A stretch of DNA of 50,662 nucleotides from Girardia tigrina (Eukaryota). This document shows positions 39,501-48,176 of the stretch, in pieces. The notes beneath the pieces are model-generated. The model did not search any database and had not been told where the DNA came from. It saw nothing but the letters and a program-made list of their open reading frames with translations. A program made the position numbers and the translations under genes. Where the stretch lies: assembly GCA_001938485.1 (NCBI GenBank), contig MQRK01220489.1:8755-59416 (forward strand), written 5' to 3'. Positions within the stretch are counted from its first letter, which is position 1. Every line of letters starts with the position of its first letter.

Positions 39501-41186
39501 TTAATTGATGTGTTGAATATTCTGATTGCTTGTTATACTTTTTAAAATCTAATAACGTTTTTAAAATTTAAATTTGTGTACATTTATTTGTAAGTGTTAC
39601 AATTTAATTTACATAAAACTTTTATTTTATATTTTCAAAGTTTTTGTTTTTGTTTTTCTTAATTTGTATTGAATGAATTTATATTTGCTGATAATGATGT
39701 AAGTGACATTGAAACATGGACCATGATTATATTTAAGAACGAGGTTTAAGTAAAATATAATTGTAGCGATAATCAAAACTGTAATGATAATTAAATGTTC
39801 GATAAATCATGTTATTAATCTTAAATTTCATGTGAAGTCATAAAACCAGAAGGAACGATATATTAACAATTTCCCATAATATTATTTTTCCCTATAAAAT
39901 TGAAGACTTATTTTATTGTATCTAGAAAAAAAGAATGGCAAAATATTTAATCGATTTTCTCTGAGATTAGAAAAGAAATATATCAGAAAAACTTGAGAAT
40001 ACTTCGTTGATTACAGTTTACTGAAACAATAAAGGAAGTATAAACAAAAATAAATTTTAATAATAAATAAAAAAATTAAAAATAAATTTTATGAAAAATA
40101 CAAATAAAAATAAGCGCTAAATATAAACATAAAAAAACTACTCTACAAATGAACAAAATATTTAAAAAAATGCAATTTTTCGATATAATATTCCAATAAA
40201 AATAATAATGAGCCAAAGAAATTGAACAACGAAAATAAGAGACGACCATGCAAAAATAAATAATATAAATGGCATTCATTAATAATTCAGCTTTGTTAGC
40301 TTTATTAGTTATACTTACATTTTTTCGGGCATCCTACAAAAAATATAAAAAAAATCATCAATTTTTGCGATAATTCGACATTGTGATTAATTAAACTTTT
40401 CCAGCCCAAATTATTATTTTTGAAAAAAATTTTTTTGCATAATTTAAACCCTTTTCTTTAATTTTTTAATTTTAATATATTTTTCTCATTAACTATAATT
40501 TTTAAACAATCTTTTTAATTTAACACATAATTTATTATTATTGTTACTTTTTAAAATTTAAAAGTTTTAAATTTATTTTATTTTTTAAATAATTTTTTAA
40601 TAATTTTCATTTTTATTTTTCATCAAAGTTTTTCAATTTTAAATAAATTTTAAAATAATTTTTCCATTTCTAAATATATTTCTAAATTTTTTAAACTTTT
40701 CTTTTATTTTTTGATATTTTTTTTCTATTTACTTCTGATTGTAAAAACTATTTATTTCAAATATTATCATTTTTAAATTTTTTTAAATATTTTAATACAT
40801 TTTAAAAGTTTGTGTTATATTTCAACTTTGTACTATTTTTGTAAAAAAAAATTTAATATGTTTTTTTATTTTTTTTTCATTTTTTAATATTTAAAAATAT
40901 TTTTTATTATTGAGAAATTTTTAAATATTTTTTTATTATTTTTTCTACTTTTTCATTTTTATAATATTTAAAAATATTTTTTCATTTATCTCATATTTAA
41001 AATCGTTTCTCAGGAAAACTCTACCTCCAGATCCTTAATGAAAGTCGGCAAATCGATCTCTCTGATGTCAGCCAACAGATTCTGTCTCTCGTCTTCTGTC
41101 AGCTCGTTCCAGAACGTCAATAAATGCCGCTGACCAAACCTCTCCAAAAGCGCAAGCACTTCTTCGTATTCCCGATTGATCGACAT
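8423..41186 (-). CDS. UAP1: UDP-N-acetylglucosamine pyrophosphorylase (UAP1/AGX/mummy), 8 coding exons, 493 aa: complement(join(8423..8512,8564..8777,13240..13517,15744..15982,22480..22655,34905..35109,37588..37705,41025..41186))
   Basis: Manual splicing gives one open frame with family motifs in order: GQRHLLTFWNEL, LMAGGAGTRLG-x3-PKG, SLFQLQAERI, WYIMTS, FFEQ, SPDGNGGLY, VDNILVK-x-ADP, VVEYSEI, GNICTH, KMEKFVFDVF, REFSPLKN, EISPLVSYSGE. All 7 introns are GT..AG with compatible phases (0,1,2,1,0,2,0). Confidence 0.95.
8564..8777 (-). CDS. UAP1: UAP1 exon 7
   Basis: FAIWEVDRKREFSPLKNS...DCPETSR...EISPLVSYSGE; TAG acceptor, GTAAAT donor, 214 nt. Confidence 0.93.
8968..9268 (+). mobile_element. 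RTE-like LINE 3' fragment
   Basis: IKRRKLKFYGHQIRK...IEGRVEGERPRGRPQRQW is typical of the RTE-type ORF C-terminus. Confidence 0.8.
9559..11061 (+). mobile_element. Full-length mariner (D34D) element with frameshifted transposase and long TIRs
   Basis: TIRs of about 130 bp (cttaggctgtcc... / ...ggacagcctaag) inside (TA)n. Motifs WVPHEL, (Y)ETW, HDNARCH and PPYSPDFNLCD; several frameshifts. Confidence 0.95.
11251..11742 (+). mobile_element. Solo LTR, family Y
   Basis: TGTGAGGG...cttaata; motif ttctcccacccagatgg; flanks atatt/aaatt (5-bp TSD with 1 mismatch); cleanly interrupts family X. Confidence 0.75.
12065..13182 (-). mobile_element. pogo-family (POGK-like) internally deleted transposon
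   Basis: TA-flanked TIRs ccgtatttcttttaatagagcgac / gtcgctttattagaagaaaaacgg. Brinker-type HTH RTSYTFGFKLSVVE...DWRQQK and CENP-B HTH remnant KGCLNKFLERQ. No DDE domain seen. Confidence 0.85.
13240..13517 (-). CDS. UAP1: UAP1 exon 6
   Basis: VVEYSEIS...SGNICTHLF...KMEKFVFDVF; TAG acceptor, GTAAAT donor, 278 nt. Confidence 0.95.
14110..14478 (+). mobile_element. HINE/DINE-1-like element
   Basis: Inverted pair acaagcttttat / ataaaagcttgt, with a gttt/gtct microsatellite near the left end. Confidence 0.5.
14850..15625 (+). mobile_element. Highly decayed mariner transposase
   Basis: FSLEDTPR, DEDLKTLVE, FSDIAPTNYH (YSPDLAPxDY equivalent), LVSRW*KC; many stops. Confidence 0.65.
15744..15982 (-). 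CDS. UAP1: UAP1 exon 5
   Basis: DGNGGLYRAL...YGVDNILVKIADPVFLG...AAKVVEK...EAVG; TAG acceptor, GTAAGT donor, 239 nt. Confidence 0.95.
16559..17195 (-). mobile_element. maT/DD37D-type Tc1-mariner remnant (3' half)
   Basis: VVMHTKFLATVMVFG and PSSPDLNPFDHYVWS...HNTKESL...FRSGVEYII. Confidence 0.75.
18561..19861 (-). mobile_element. Mariner element (~1.3 kb) whose interior is an assembly gap
   Basis: Perfect ~31-bp TIR TTAGGGGTACCCAAATGTTATGTCGTTTTTT with TA on both sides. The minus strand shows DESHLRHC before the gap and KVIDCDGDYFSD* after it. Confidence 0.88.
20003..20283 (+). pseudogene. 28S (LSU) rRNA fragment in UAP1 intron 4
   Basis: Conserved LSU blocks: tataggggcgaaa...catctagtagctggttccctccgaagtttccctcaggatagc; gtaaagcgaatgatta; tattctcaaactttaaatggg; gtgggccatttttggtaag-agaactggcgatg. 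No other rDNA nearby. Confidence 0.93.
21413..21830 (+). mobile_element. Solo LTR, family Y
   Basis: TGTGAGGG...gttaata; exact 5-bp TSD AATAC (21408-21412, 21831-21835); motif ctctcctactcagatgg. Confidence 0.8.
22480..22655 (-). CDS. UAP1: UAP1 exon 4
   Basis: (W)YIMTS...NYFGLEENQVIFFEQ...KSP(D); TAG acceptor, GTTTTT donor, 176 nt. Confidence 0.93.
23445..24056 (+). repeat. Tandem ~320-bp duplication of a HINE-like element, running into a gap
   Basis: acgtttttattagcttgctttcttgtctg... at ~23450 and ~23774; ttatacaggc recurs about every 160 bp. Confidence 0.8.
24143..24482. repeat. Inverted repeat with ~130-bp arms and ~85-bp spacer
   Basis: ...aaccacgtttttcaagcattaccaatgcac...tatacctaacc and its reverse complement at 24362-24482, with a few mismatches. 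Confidence 0.85.
24490..24980 (+). mobile_element. Decayed Penelope-like RT C-terminal fragment
   Basis: LLDLLIEK and YETEMYGKKTDIGLY resemble the PLE FLD...VYRKxTxTGxY region. Confidence 0.5.
26161..26552. mobile_element. Foldback MITE with ~175-bp arms, each containing four 21-bp tandem units
   Basis: acagg...gactattccaa is mirrored by ttggaatagtc...ccctgta; unit consensus ttaatc(a/t)ttttaacaaataaa. Confidence 0.85.
26682..26912. mobile_element. piggyBac-type MITE (231 bp)
   Basis: TTAA|CCCTACAATGCGC ... GCGCATTGTAGGG|TTAA. Confidence 0.9.
28474..28535. mobile_element. hAT (Charlie-like) terminal remnant
   Basis: CAGTGTTTCCCAAAGTGGGG terminus preceded by atatagac; partner end not found. 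Confidence 0.55.
29563..30582 (+). mobile_element. Family Z element, copy 1 (interior is a gap); 10-bp TSD
   Basis: ACATTTACTC at 29553-29562 and 30583-30592; right end homologous to 38595-38700. Confidence 0.75.
30870..31900 (+). mobile_element. Possible very decayed Gypsy pol remnant
   Basis: Weak similarity to the RNaseH end (KYISG...FSR) and integrase (TTYS...PTEWD). Confidence 0.3.
32417..32790 (+). mobile_element. Mariner transposase 3' remnant
   Basis: SYSPGLTPSDFYFLFPLKYAINGKNY matches the YSPDLAPSDF motif region. Confidence 0.7.
33524..34460 (+). mobile_element. HINE-like family X copy 2 (contains nested mariner)
   Basis: Same 5' end, (CA)n(TA)n, core and 3' end as copy 1. Confidence 0.7.
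33770..34305 (+). mobile_element. Internally deleted mariner (536 bp)
   Basis: TA|CGAGGG...CCCCTCG|TA; FFDSGMKALVKRWNKCIRISGEYLEK C-terminus; left TIR partly deleted. Confidence 0.85.
34905..35109 (-). CDS. UAP1: UAP1 exon 3 (nucleotide-binding loop)
   Basis: LMAGGAGTRLGVNYPKG signature; AG acceptor, GTACGT donor, 205 nt. Confidence 0.95.
36206..36433. repeat. Inverted repeat/MITE with ~100-bp arms and ~30-bp spacer, abutting a gap
   Basis: tgtaagtgcagaacaacttgattcattagg...catgtagaagaaat and its reverse complement, with several mismatches. Confidence 0.85.
36564..36971 (+). mobile_element. Solo LTR, family Y
   Basis: Motif ttctcctaccaagatgg, AATAAA, end tgttcttaata; left flank lies in a gap. 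Confidence 0.65.
37588..37705 (-). CDS. UAP1: UAP1 exon 2 (ISALNRKEIVDDDLEPPP...MYNEIG)
   Basis: TAG acceptor, GTAAGA donor, 118 nt, phase 0 to 1. Bridges exons 1 and 3 in frame. Confidence 0.85.
38324..38702 (+). mobile_element. Family Z element, copy 2 (379 bp); 10-bp TSD; C2H2 zinc-finger reading frame
   Basis: GACGTGTTAA at 38314-38323 and 38703-38712; frame open 38325-38666 including CSFRGC-x12-HGTTIH. Confidence 0.8.
39440..39820 (+). mobile_element. Probable solo LTR, family Y (divergent)
   Basis: ctctcctgtcctgaagg motif, same overall layout, end tgttattaat; boundaries approximate. Confidence 0.45.
41025..41186 (-). CDS. UAP1: UAP1 exon 1 (MSINREYEEV...PTFIKDLE)
   Basis: ATG at 41186, 162 nt, donor GTAGAG. 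GQRHLLTFWNEL resembles the UAP1 N-terminus. Missed by the ORF track. Confidence 0.9.
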
Positions 41187-41699
41187 GGTCTAAATGATCG
41201 ATTGTGTCAATGGAAAATTATCAAATAATAAAAAATTAATAATCAACAAAAAATTCTCACTTATGAAGTTTTGAATAAGTGAAATCAAGTGGCAATTCGG
41301 TCAATTTAAATGTGTTCATAAAGCGATTGATTGTAATTAATAAAAGTGATATATTTAAACAAATGTTTTTTGGGTACAGAAATTATTGATATTAACATCA
41401 GATTTTTTGTTTCTTGAGAATTTAAATTTCATTTTTGTTATTAAACACTTTAACTGCTATGGTGAAAGTGTAAACGTCTTTCGAAGGTTAAAATATTTTT
41501 TTATGAAATAACCAAGGTCAAGAGGCCATGCGGATGTACAACTTTTTAAATGGTCAATGGGATTTTAATAGTATTTTTTTCAATTATTTATTTAAAATAT
41601 TCGTACATCACGTGTAAACATATTTTTACCACCGAAGGGTTGAATTTGTCCCAAAAATAGACATCCAATTATCAAGATTAAAAAAGGATAGTAAAATAC

Positions 41700-44168
41700 T
41701 TTAAACTAGTAAATCAAATTTTTTAATTTAAATTTTTTATATCCATTCTTTATACAGACAGAACTCTTTTGCCAAAAAAGTTTTTATTAAAAAAAATAAT
41801 TGAAAAAAACAATAAAAAATTAATATTAACTGTTGTCGAAATGAAAACCTTTAAAGCGAGTGATAATTTATTGTTAAATAAATCTCCCTTTCGACGTTCC
41901 ACCTATTAGAACAAATGGATATTTATTTTCCTCGAATTACACCTCCCCTTGTCATCAAGGCACACATGCAGACGCTAACCGTGCACTGGAGGGTCCCGTT
42001 GGCCTCCGGTCGCTGTAATCCGGAGCATACAAAATCTTCGAACTGTTTTGGCCGCACGATCGTCCGATGTGGCCTCTGCTTCTCAAAGTCTGGCTGGTCT
42101 CTGGGTCACCTTCCTGCTTGTCCTTCGGCCATTAATCATCGTCTTCGGAGCTATCACTGTAGACTGGTGTTTCCGAGCTCCGATGGCTCGCCCTTGGAAT
42201 CTTTGATTTATTATCTTCCGGTTTTAAATCTTCTTTGGGAGCAAGCCTGACATGTGATACGTGGAAAGGAACTGCGTCAATCAATACCTGATGAGGCCAC
42301 TGGAACCCGTCTACTACCGCTCGTCTCCACTGGGTTGTGCATCTTGAGTTTGCCGGTTTCACAAAAACTGTATCTCCTACTTGCAACTCCGCGTTGTTTC
42401 TGATTTCTCGGATTTAGTCTCATTGGGGCAGGATCTATCGGCGCGCACCGAGAGCATCCTTTTACTATTGCCTGGATTTGTAATTCCGTCACTCACCCCA
42501 GGCCCAACAGATTCCTCGAGAGAAACTTCATTCGTTTCACTCCGAAATGGTGACTTTCGGAAAGTTTTTTGAGGATGTCCGTCGATTCTTGCTCCCCCTC
42601 AATCGTCACTGCTATGATTGCCATAGGCTCTTTTACCACTGTCAGCCAGTCGCTTGGCACTCGAGGGAGACGATCTGTCTTGTTCTCTGCTGAACTGATT
42701 AGTTTAAACTTTACCTGCAGTTGTTTTTCTTCTATGGTCTTCTTGATGTTGCTGAAACTTCTCTTCAAAAGTAGCTCGCTCATTCTATGAGATCTAATCG
42801 GCCCGTCCCCTCTTATCGCGTTCGTCGATCGAAATCGTTGAAGCCCCATGCCACTGCCGCTTTGATTGCATCGTTCCCCGCTTTCAGTTCTGTCAAGTTG
42901 ATATGGGCTGCGTCGTCTTCCTTTTGCAACCACGAAGTATCTTCCACCACTACAGAGATATCGGTTGCGATAGAGCTCGCGTAGCACCACATTCTGCCTT
43001 GTCTGCAGTTCAGAACATCCCATCTGCCAGTGACTGGGTCTTCACTCTCAAGACGTTTCCTTAATTTCTCTGCGAGGTCCACCACACGTGGACCAACAGC
43101 GTCATCCCATTCACTGCCACTCGCAATCCTCTTAAGACAGCTGCATGCAGGCCTTAAACAGCTGCACATTCACGAGCAATGTGCCCGCTCCATCCGCATC
43201 GATAACATCGTAGTCCATTGATGGTAGAGTAGTTCAGATCCGGTTTCCACCTCGTTTTCGCGATTGCCGCAACCTCTTCCTCACGACCGCGAGTAGCCTT
43301 GACATGTACTCCAGCCAATCTAACAAACCGATCAAGATCGTGATTCTTACCGAGCGCCTCGACTTCAACACTCTTGATGACCGCCTCAGGTAGATCATTT
43401 ATGAACGCCTGAGCCACAAACGCTTCGCCTCCGCCTTTGCTGCAGCAAAGTACGACGGAAAGCCGCTTTAAGTCAGTCATGATGAAGTGTACGCTCTCTC
43501 CGGGCTCCAGTCGTCGAGAAGCAAAGATGGCCCACGACAGTCTCTGGCTCGATGCGAAAGCTTCGAGAAGCGCCGCTGCGCTTTTATCGAAGTCCACTCA
43601 TATTGCTTCTCCTAATCCCCTGAAGACGATTGCCGCCTCACCTGATAGGACCAGCGGTAACATCGCCCGTTTGTCTTCGCGGAGCGTTTCTGCACATTCC
43701 ATAAACCGTTCGAGTCACACGGATATATTCTCATGCTCATCGTACTGTGGCACTATCTTCATAGTTTTCATGCTGTCGCGATAGCTTGTTGTCTAAATCA
43801 AAATAGTTAAAGCGATTGACACAAATTTATTTTTAAATAAATCTCCTTTTCGACGTTCCATCCATTAAAAAAATGGATATTTATTTTCCTCGAATTACAT
43901 TACCTACTTATAATTTATATGTAAATCTTTTCCAATTAATAATGTTCAGGAACTCCGAATTTTTCGTTTTTTTCCCATTTTTGGATCTTAAAAAGGTTTT
44001 TTGATCAAATTTTCACATAATCATTTATTGTCATCGAGAATGAGTAAGTGTGCAAAGTTTGAAGAAAAGAGATTGAGTATGTGTGATTGAGTAAAATTAC
44101 TTTAAAAATAGGTTTTTAAATACCACGGATACATATAAATAGAAAGTAAACTAATAAAAAGAGTGGAA
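41700..44168 (-). mobile_element. HINE-like family X copy 3 (contains nested LTR retrotransposon)
   Basis: Reverse-complement matches to the family X core at 43900-44168 and to its 3' end at 41700-41830. Confidence 0.65.
41831..43899 (-). mobile_element. Internally deleted Gypsy-type LTR retrotransposon with ~111-bp LTRs
   Basis: LTRs 41831-41941 and 43787-43899 (TG..CA); TSD ttaac/ttacc; PPT AAGGGGAGG; gag knuckle CYRCGWSGHIAREC; RNaseH-like WCYASS...HINLTEL; integrase HH/CC region and C-terminus QVGDTVFVKP. Confidence 0.92.
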
Positions 44169-45318
44169 AGAAGGATATTTTTGAATAATTTTCCTCGGCA
44201 AATAATTTTAGAATATTATATTTTTGTTGAAATTGGAATATGCAAATTTGATTTTCATCAAATCTTTGTTTCTTTTTTATATTTTCATGGAACCAAAAAA
44301 ACTAATGATAAAATTTTAAAAGTCATTGTTTAATTTTTAATGTTTTGTATTATTTTTTAAATTTTTTTTAAATTTCTGATGAAAAGATAAAAATTTTTAC
44401 ATATTTTCTGTACATTTAATTTTGTTTTTAGTATTATTTCAATTATCATTTTAAATATGACCCTTCTTACAAGACCGAAATTTCGGTTAATCTAATGAAT
44501 TATAATTTCCAGTGAATCATTCATTTATTTTGTTCTGTTTTTTGTTTAACTTTGACCTCTCCTGAAGTAATGAAAAAAGGAAGTCTTTTTTAAATAGATA
44601 TGTTTGTAAGTGTTTCAAAATTCACTGTAAAGATTTTATTAAAAAATTATATAATAAAAAATAAACGTTTATAAATATTTTCACAAGTGTTTCTCAAAAT
44701 CCATCACAATACTACCACAAAATTAATGCCCAATAATTTTGGTGATCTTAACATGTTTGATTTTTAAATTTTTGCACTAATATTTACACATTTTTTTAAA
44801 ATTCATACTATTAAAAACAAAAATTTATGCAGGTTTTACATACATTAAATAAGCATTCAAACTAAAATAGTAATTTCAAATTATTATTTTGACACTACAT
44901 AATATAGTAGTAATACATTTACATTTTTTGTTAATATTCTAAGTCTTAGTGGTTTTTGTGTTGTTTATGCTCCTTAACTAACGTATCTACTTTTCCTTTT
45001 ATCAAATTAGTCAAACTAATTCTCATAGTCGGCGCTCCATTAACGAGCCTATTCGATACTTTGTTTTTTATGTCAACTAACGCAGAAAATCTAGTTTCTT
45101 CTATATATGAAGTAGAAAAAGGTAGAAGTATATTTTTTAACTTTTCGTTTTATGTGGTGTATTCTTCCTGATATATAAATTAAAATATTTTTGAAATCTC
45201 TTGTAAAAATTTCAATTTATATAGACTATGGAATTTACATATTATATTAGAATTTAATTTTTCCTTATCGTGTGACCATTTGTATACTGTCCGCGACTCC
45301 CAGTTTAATAATCACTGA

Positions 45319-46536
45319 CTAGAGAACCTTCCGAACCCGCACATCCCGATTTCGATGAAATTTGGTACATATATAGAACTCACCGCGCTGAATAAGATAC
45401 ACTTAGAACCACCTGCTCTTAAAGCCTAGAACTCGAGATATTCGAATTTTTTAGATTTCAAAAATTATTTTGAATTTTATAAAAAGATAAAAAAAAATTA
45501 AATTAAAAAAAGATAAAAAATAAAGGGTGAATTTATTATTTATTCAGCAAAGTCATCACAAAAATGATAATTAATTTAAAAATGATTAAAACAAATTGGT
45601 GATTTGCACCATGAACAAATAAGAAAAGGTATCTCTCCGCATGACAACTGCGAACATGTTAGAGGCACATTATTGAACCAAAAATCTGTAGGATTTTCAA
45701 ACTGTTCATAGTCATCAATATAATCACATTGCTTCACCTAGCGAAGCTGTCGCGGCAGTTTTTCTATATTGCTGTGTTGTTTGTATGTAAGCAAATTTCT
45801 ATGGTAATCAACGTTTATTACACGTTTTTAATTACCTAGGCACCAAAGATGTTCTGTCGTTATCAATACGTTTTGTTTACTAAATTTCATGGAGCTGTTA
45901 TAATCATGACAGTTTGAGGATGGCTTTTGAAGAACAGAATAAGAATTTAAAAATCGCGATGATTCCACCTAAAACTACAGGGATTTGTCAACCTTTGGAT
46001 AGATATTTTTTCGTGTATACAAAAACTATTATCGTAAATTTTCAGATTTTGTGTTACTTCATTCGATTAATGCAAAGCTTCACTTAAGAGATGAAATCAT
46101 CAAAATTCACTCTTTTATTCATAATCAATTTTCATCTCCAAGATATGTCAATATTTGGAAATATGCTTGGTTTTGTTGTGGTTACATTGATGACTATGAA
46201 CAGTTTGTAAATCCTACAGATTTTTGGTTCAATAATGTGCCTCTAACATGTTCGCAGTTGTCATGCGGAGAGATACGTTTTCTTATTTGTTCATGGTGCA
46301 AATCACCACTTTGTTTTAATCCTTTTTACATTGATTATCATTTTTGTGAGGACTTTGTTTTTTTATCTTTTGACATAAAATTCAAAATAATTTTTGAAAT
46401 CTAAAAAAGTCGAATATCTCGAGTTCTAGGCTTTAAGAGCGGGTGGTTTAAAGTTTATCTTATTCAGCGCGGTGAGTTCTATATATGTACCAGATTTCAT
46501 CGAAATCGGGATGTGCGGGTTCGGGAGGTTCCCTAG
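45319..46536 (+). mobile_element. Tc4/Tc5-like (pogo-related) non-autonomous transposon
   Basis: C-TGA|CTAG...CTAG|TGA-G (TNA TSD in a CTNAG target); ~165-bp TIRs; IPPKTTGICQPLD and Cys-rich tail CSWCKSPLCF. Confidence 0.88.
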
Positions 46537-48107
46537 TGAGTTATATGACAATCAAATGATAAATATAAAAAAACGTAATCTAATTGGTAATATGAAAAAG
46601 CCATTTTTTTAAAATATGATTTTTAATTTCAATTTGAAGAATAACTTTTGTCTTGGATAATTTTAATTTAATAATATACTTTAAAAATAAATATTGTTAA
46701 AAGTAATTTAAAATTTTTGAGAAACGTATATAAATTTTATAAAATATAATAAAAAATTTCATTGTTTCATAAATAACTTCCATTATGTCAATAAATTATA
46801 TAAAAGTCTTTTTTCAATAAAATTTATTTTTCTTCGAGAGAAATGAAACAATTTTCCAAAAATTAGAATGAAAACATCACTATTTAAGGAAGCATGTTTA
46901 TCTAAATGAATGATATACAGGTGGACTGGACTATAGAAGAGGTATTTGTTTCGCAACTTTATACTTTTCTTATAAATCAAATCAGAAATAGGTTTAAACA
47001 TAAATTTACAGCTCTAAAGACATCAACAAAAATAGTTATTAAAGATATAATAATATTGAATAAATTATGACTGAGAGGAAGCTTTTATTTCAAAATTGAT
47101 AGCTTAGTTTTCAAATTGGGATCAAGTATTCTTAATCGCGTGAATTTACAAGAAGGATGTTAAAGTGTGAAAATGTATGTATCTCTACTTCAAATACTTT
47201 CCGTTCCTTTTCTTAACAAAATCTTTAAAATCTATTTTTTCCATTAAATAATTTTTTTAATTATAATGAACGAGAAATTATATAATAATTTTATATTCAA
47301 ATAATAAAAAAACGAAAAAAATGTAAAAATTAAATTTAGAACAAGATGTTAAAACAGAACATACATAACAAAAACAATTAATACATTCAATAATGATTCA
47401 TACAATTATTAAAATTGATCAATGATAAAGTTGTTACAAAATGATTTCTTTTCAAATAATCTTAAAAAAATTTGCACAAAATTTGTTATGCAATTATTTT
47501 TTATCTTGATTTAAACAGACAAATGATTAATGATTAATTAATTAATTAATTTATAATAAATAAATAAATAAATTTTCTTGCACACAATAAATGATCAAAT
47601 GATTTTAATTCTTTCTTTTTCTTTTTATATCAATAAAAAAGATCATTTTTATTTGTAAAAAATTAAAAATACTTTCACAATAAAATTTTGAAATTAATCA
47701 ATGTTTCACTTTTGTAAAATTAATAATTCAATTTTATATTGGAAAATGTCGTGCTAAAATTAAAGAAAAAATAATTAAAATAAGTCATCATAGTTAAATT
47801 TTTAATTAAAAATGTTTATCGTTGTAAAATTGAAATAATGGAGAAATATAAATTAAATGTTTTTAGATGATTTTTTATATTATGTTGAAATTCATCAAAT
47901 TGTTATCATTACTATAAATAATTATAAAATAATCTGTCATACTTGAACTCGGCGAACAAAGGGCCAGTCCACTGATCTTACATTAAGACAAGTTTAGTCA
48001 TTCTTAAGAAGATCACATTTTTTGTGAATTTAAAATTAAATTAGTTAAACACAGAATATTTCGAACATATCTAGAATTAATATGTTATATATTTATAGGA
48101 TATATAA

Positions 48108-48117
48108 TTATATATAT

Positions 48118-48172
<55 letters not shown>
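48108..48172. repeat. (TA)n(CA)n(TA)n microsatellite
   Basis: Directly visible. Confidence 0.95.
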
Positions 48173-48176
<4 letters not shown>

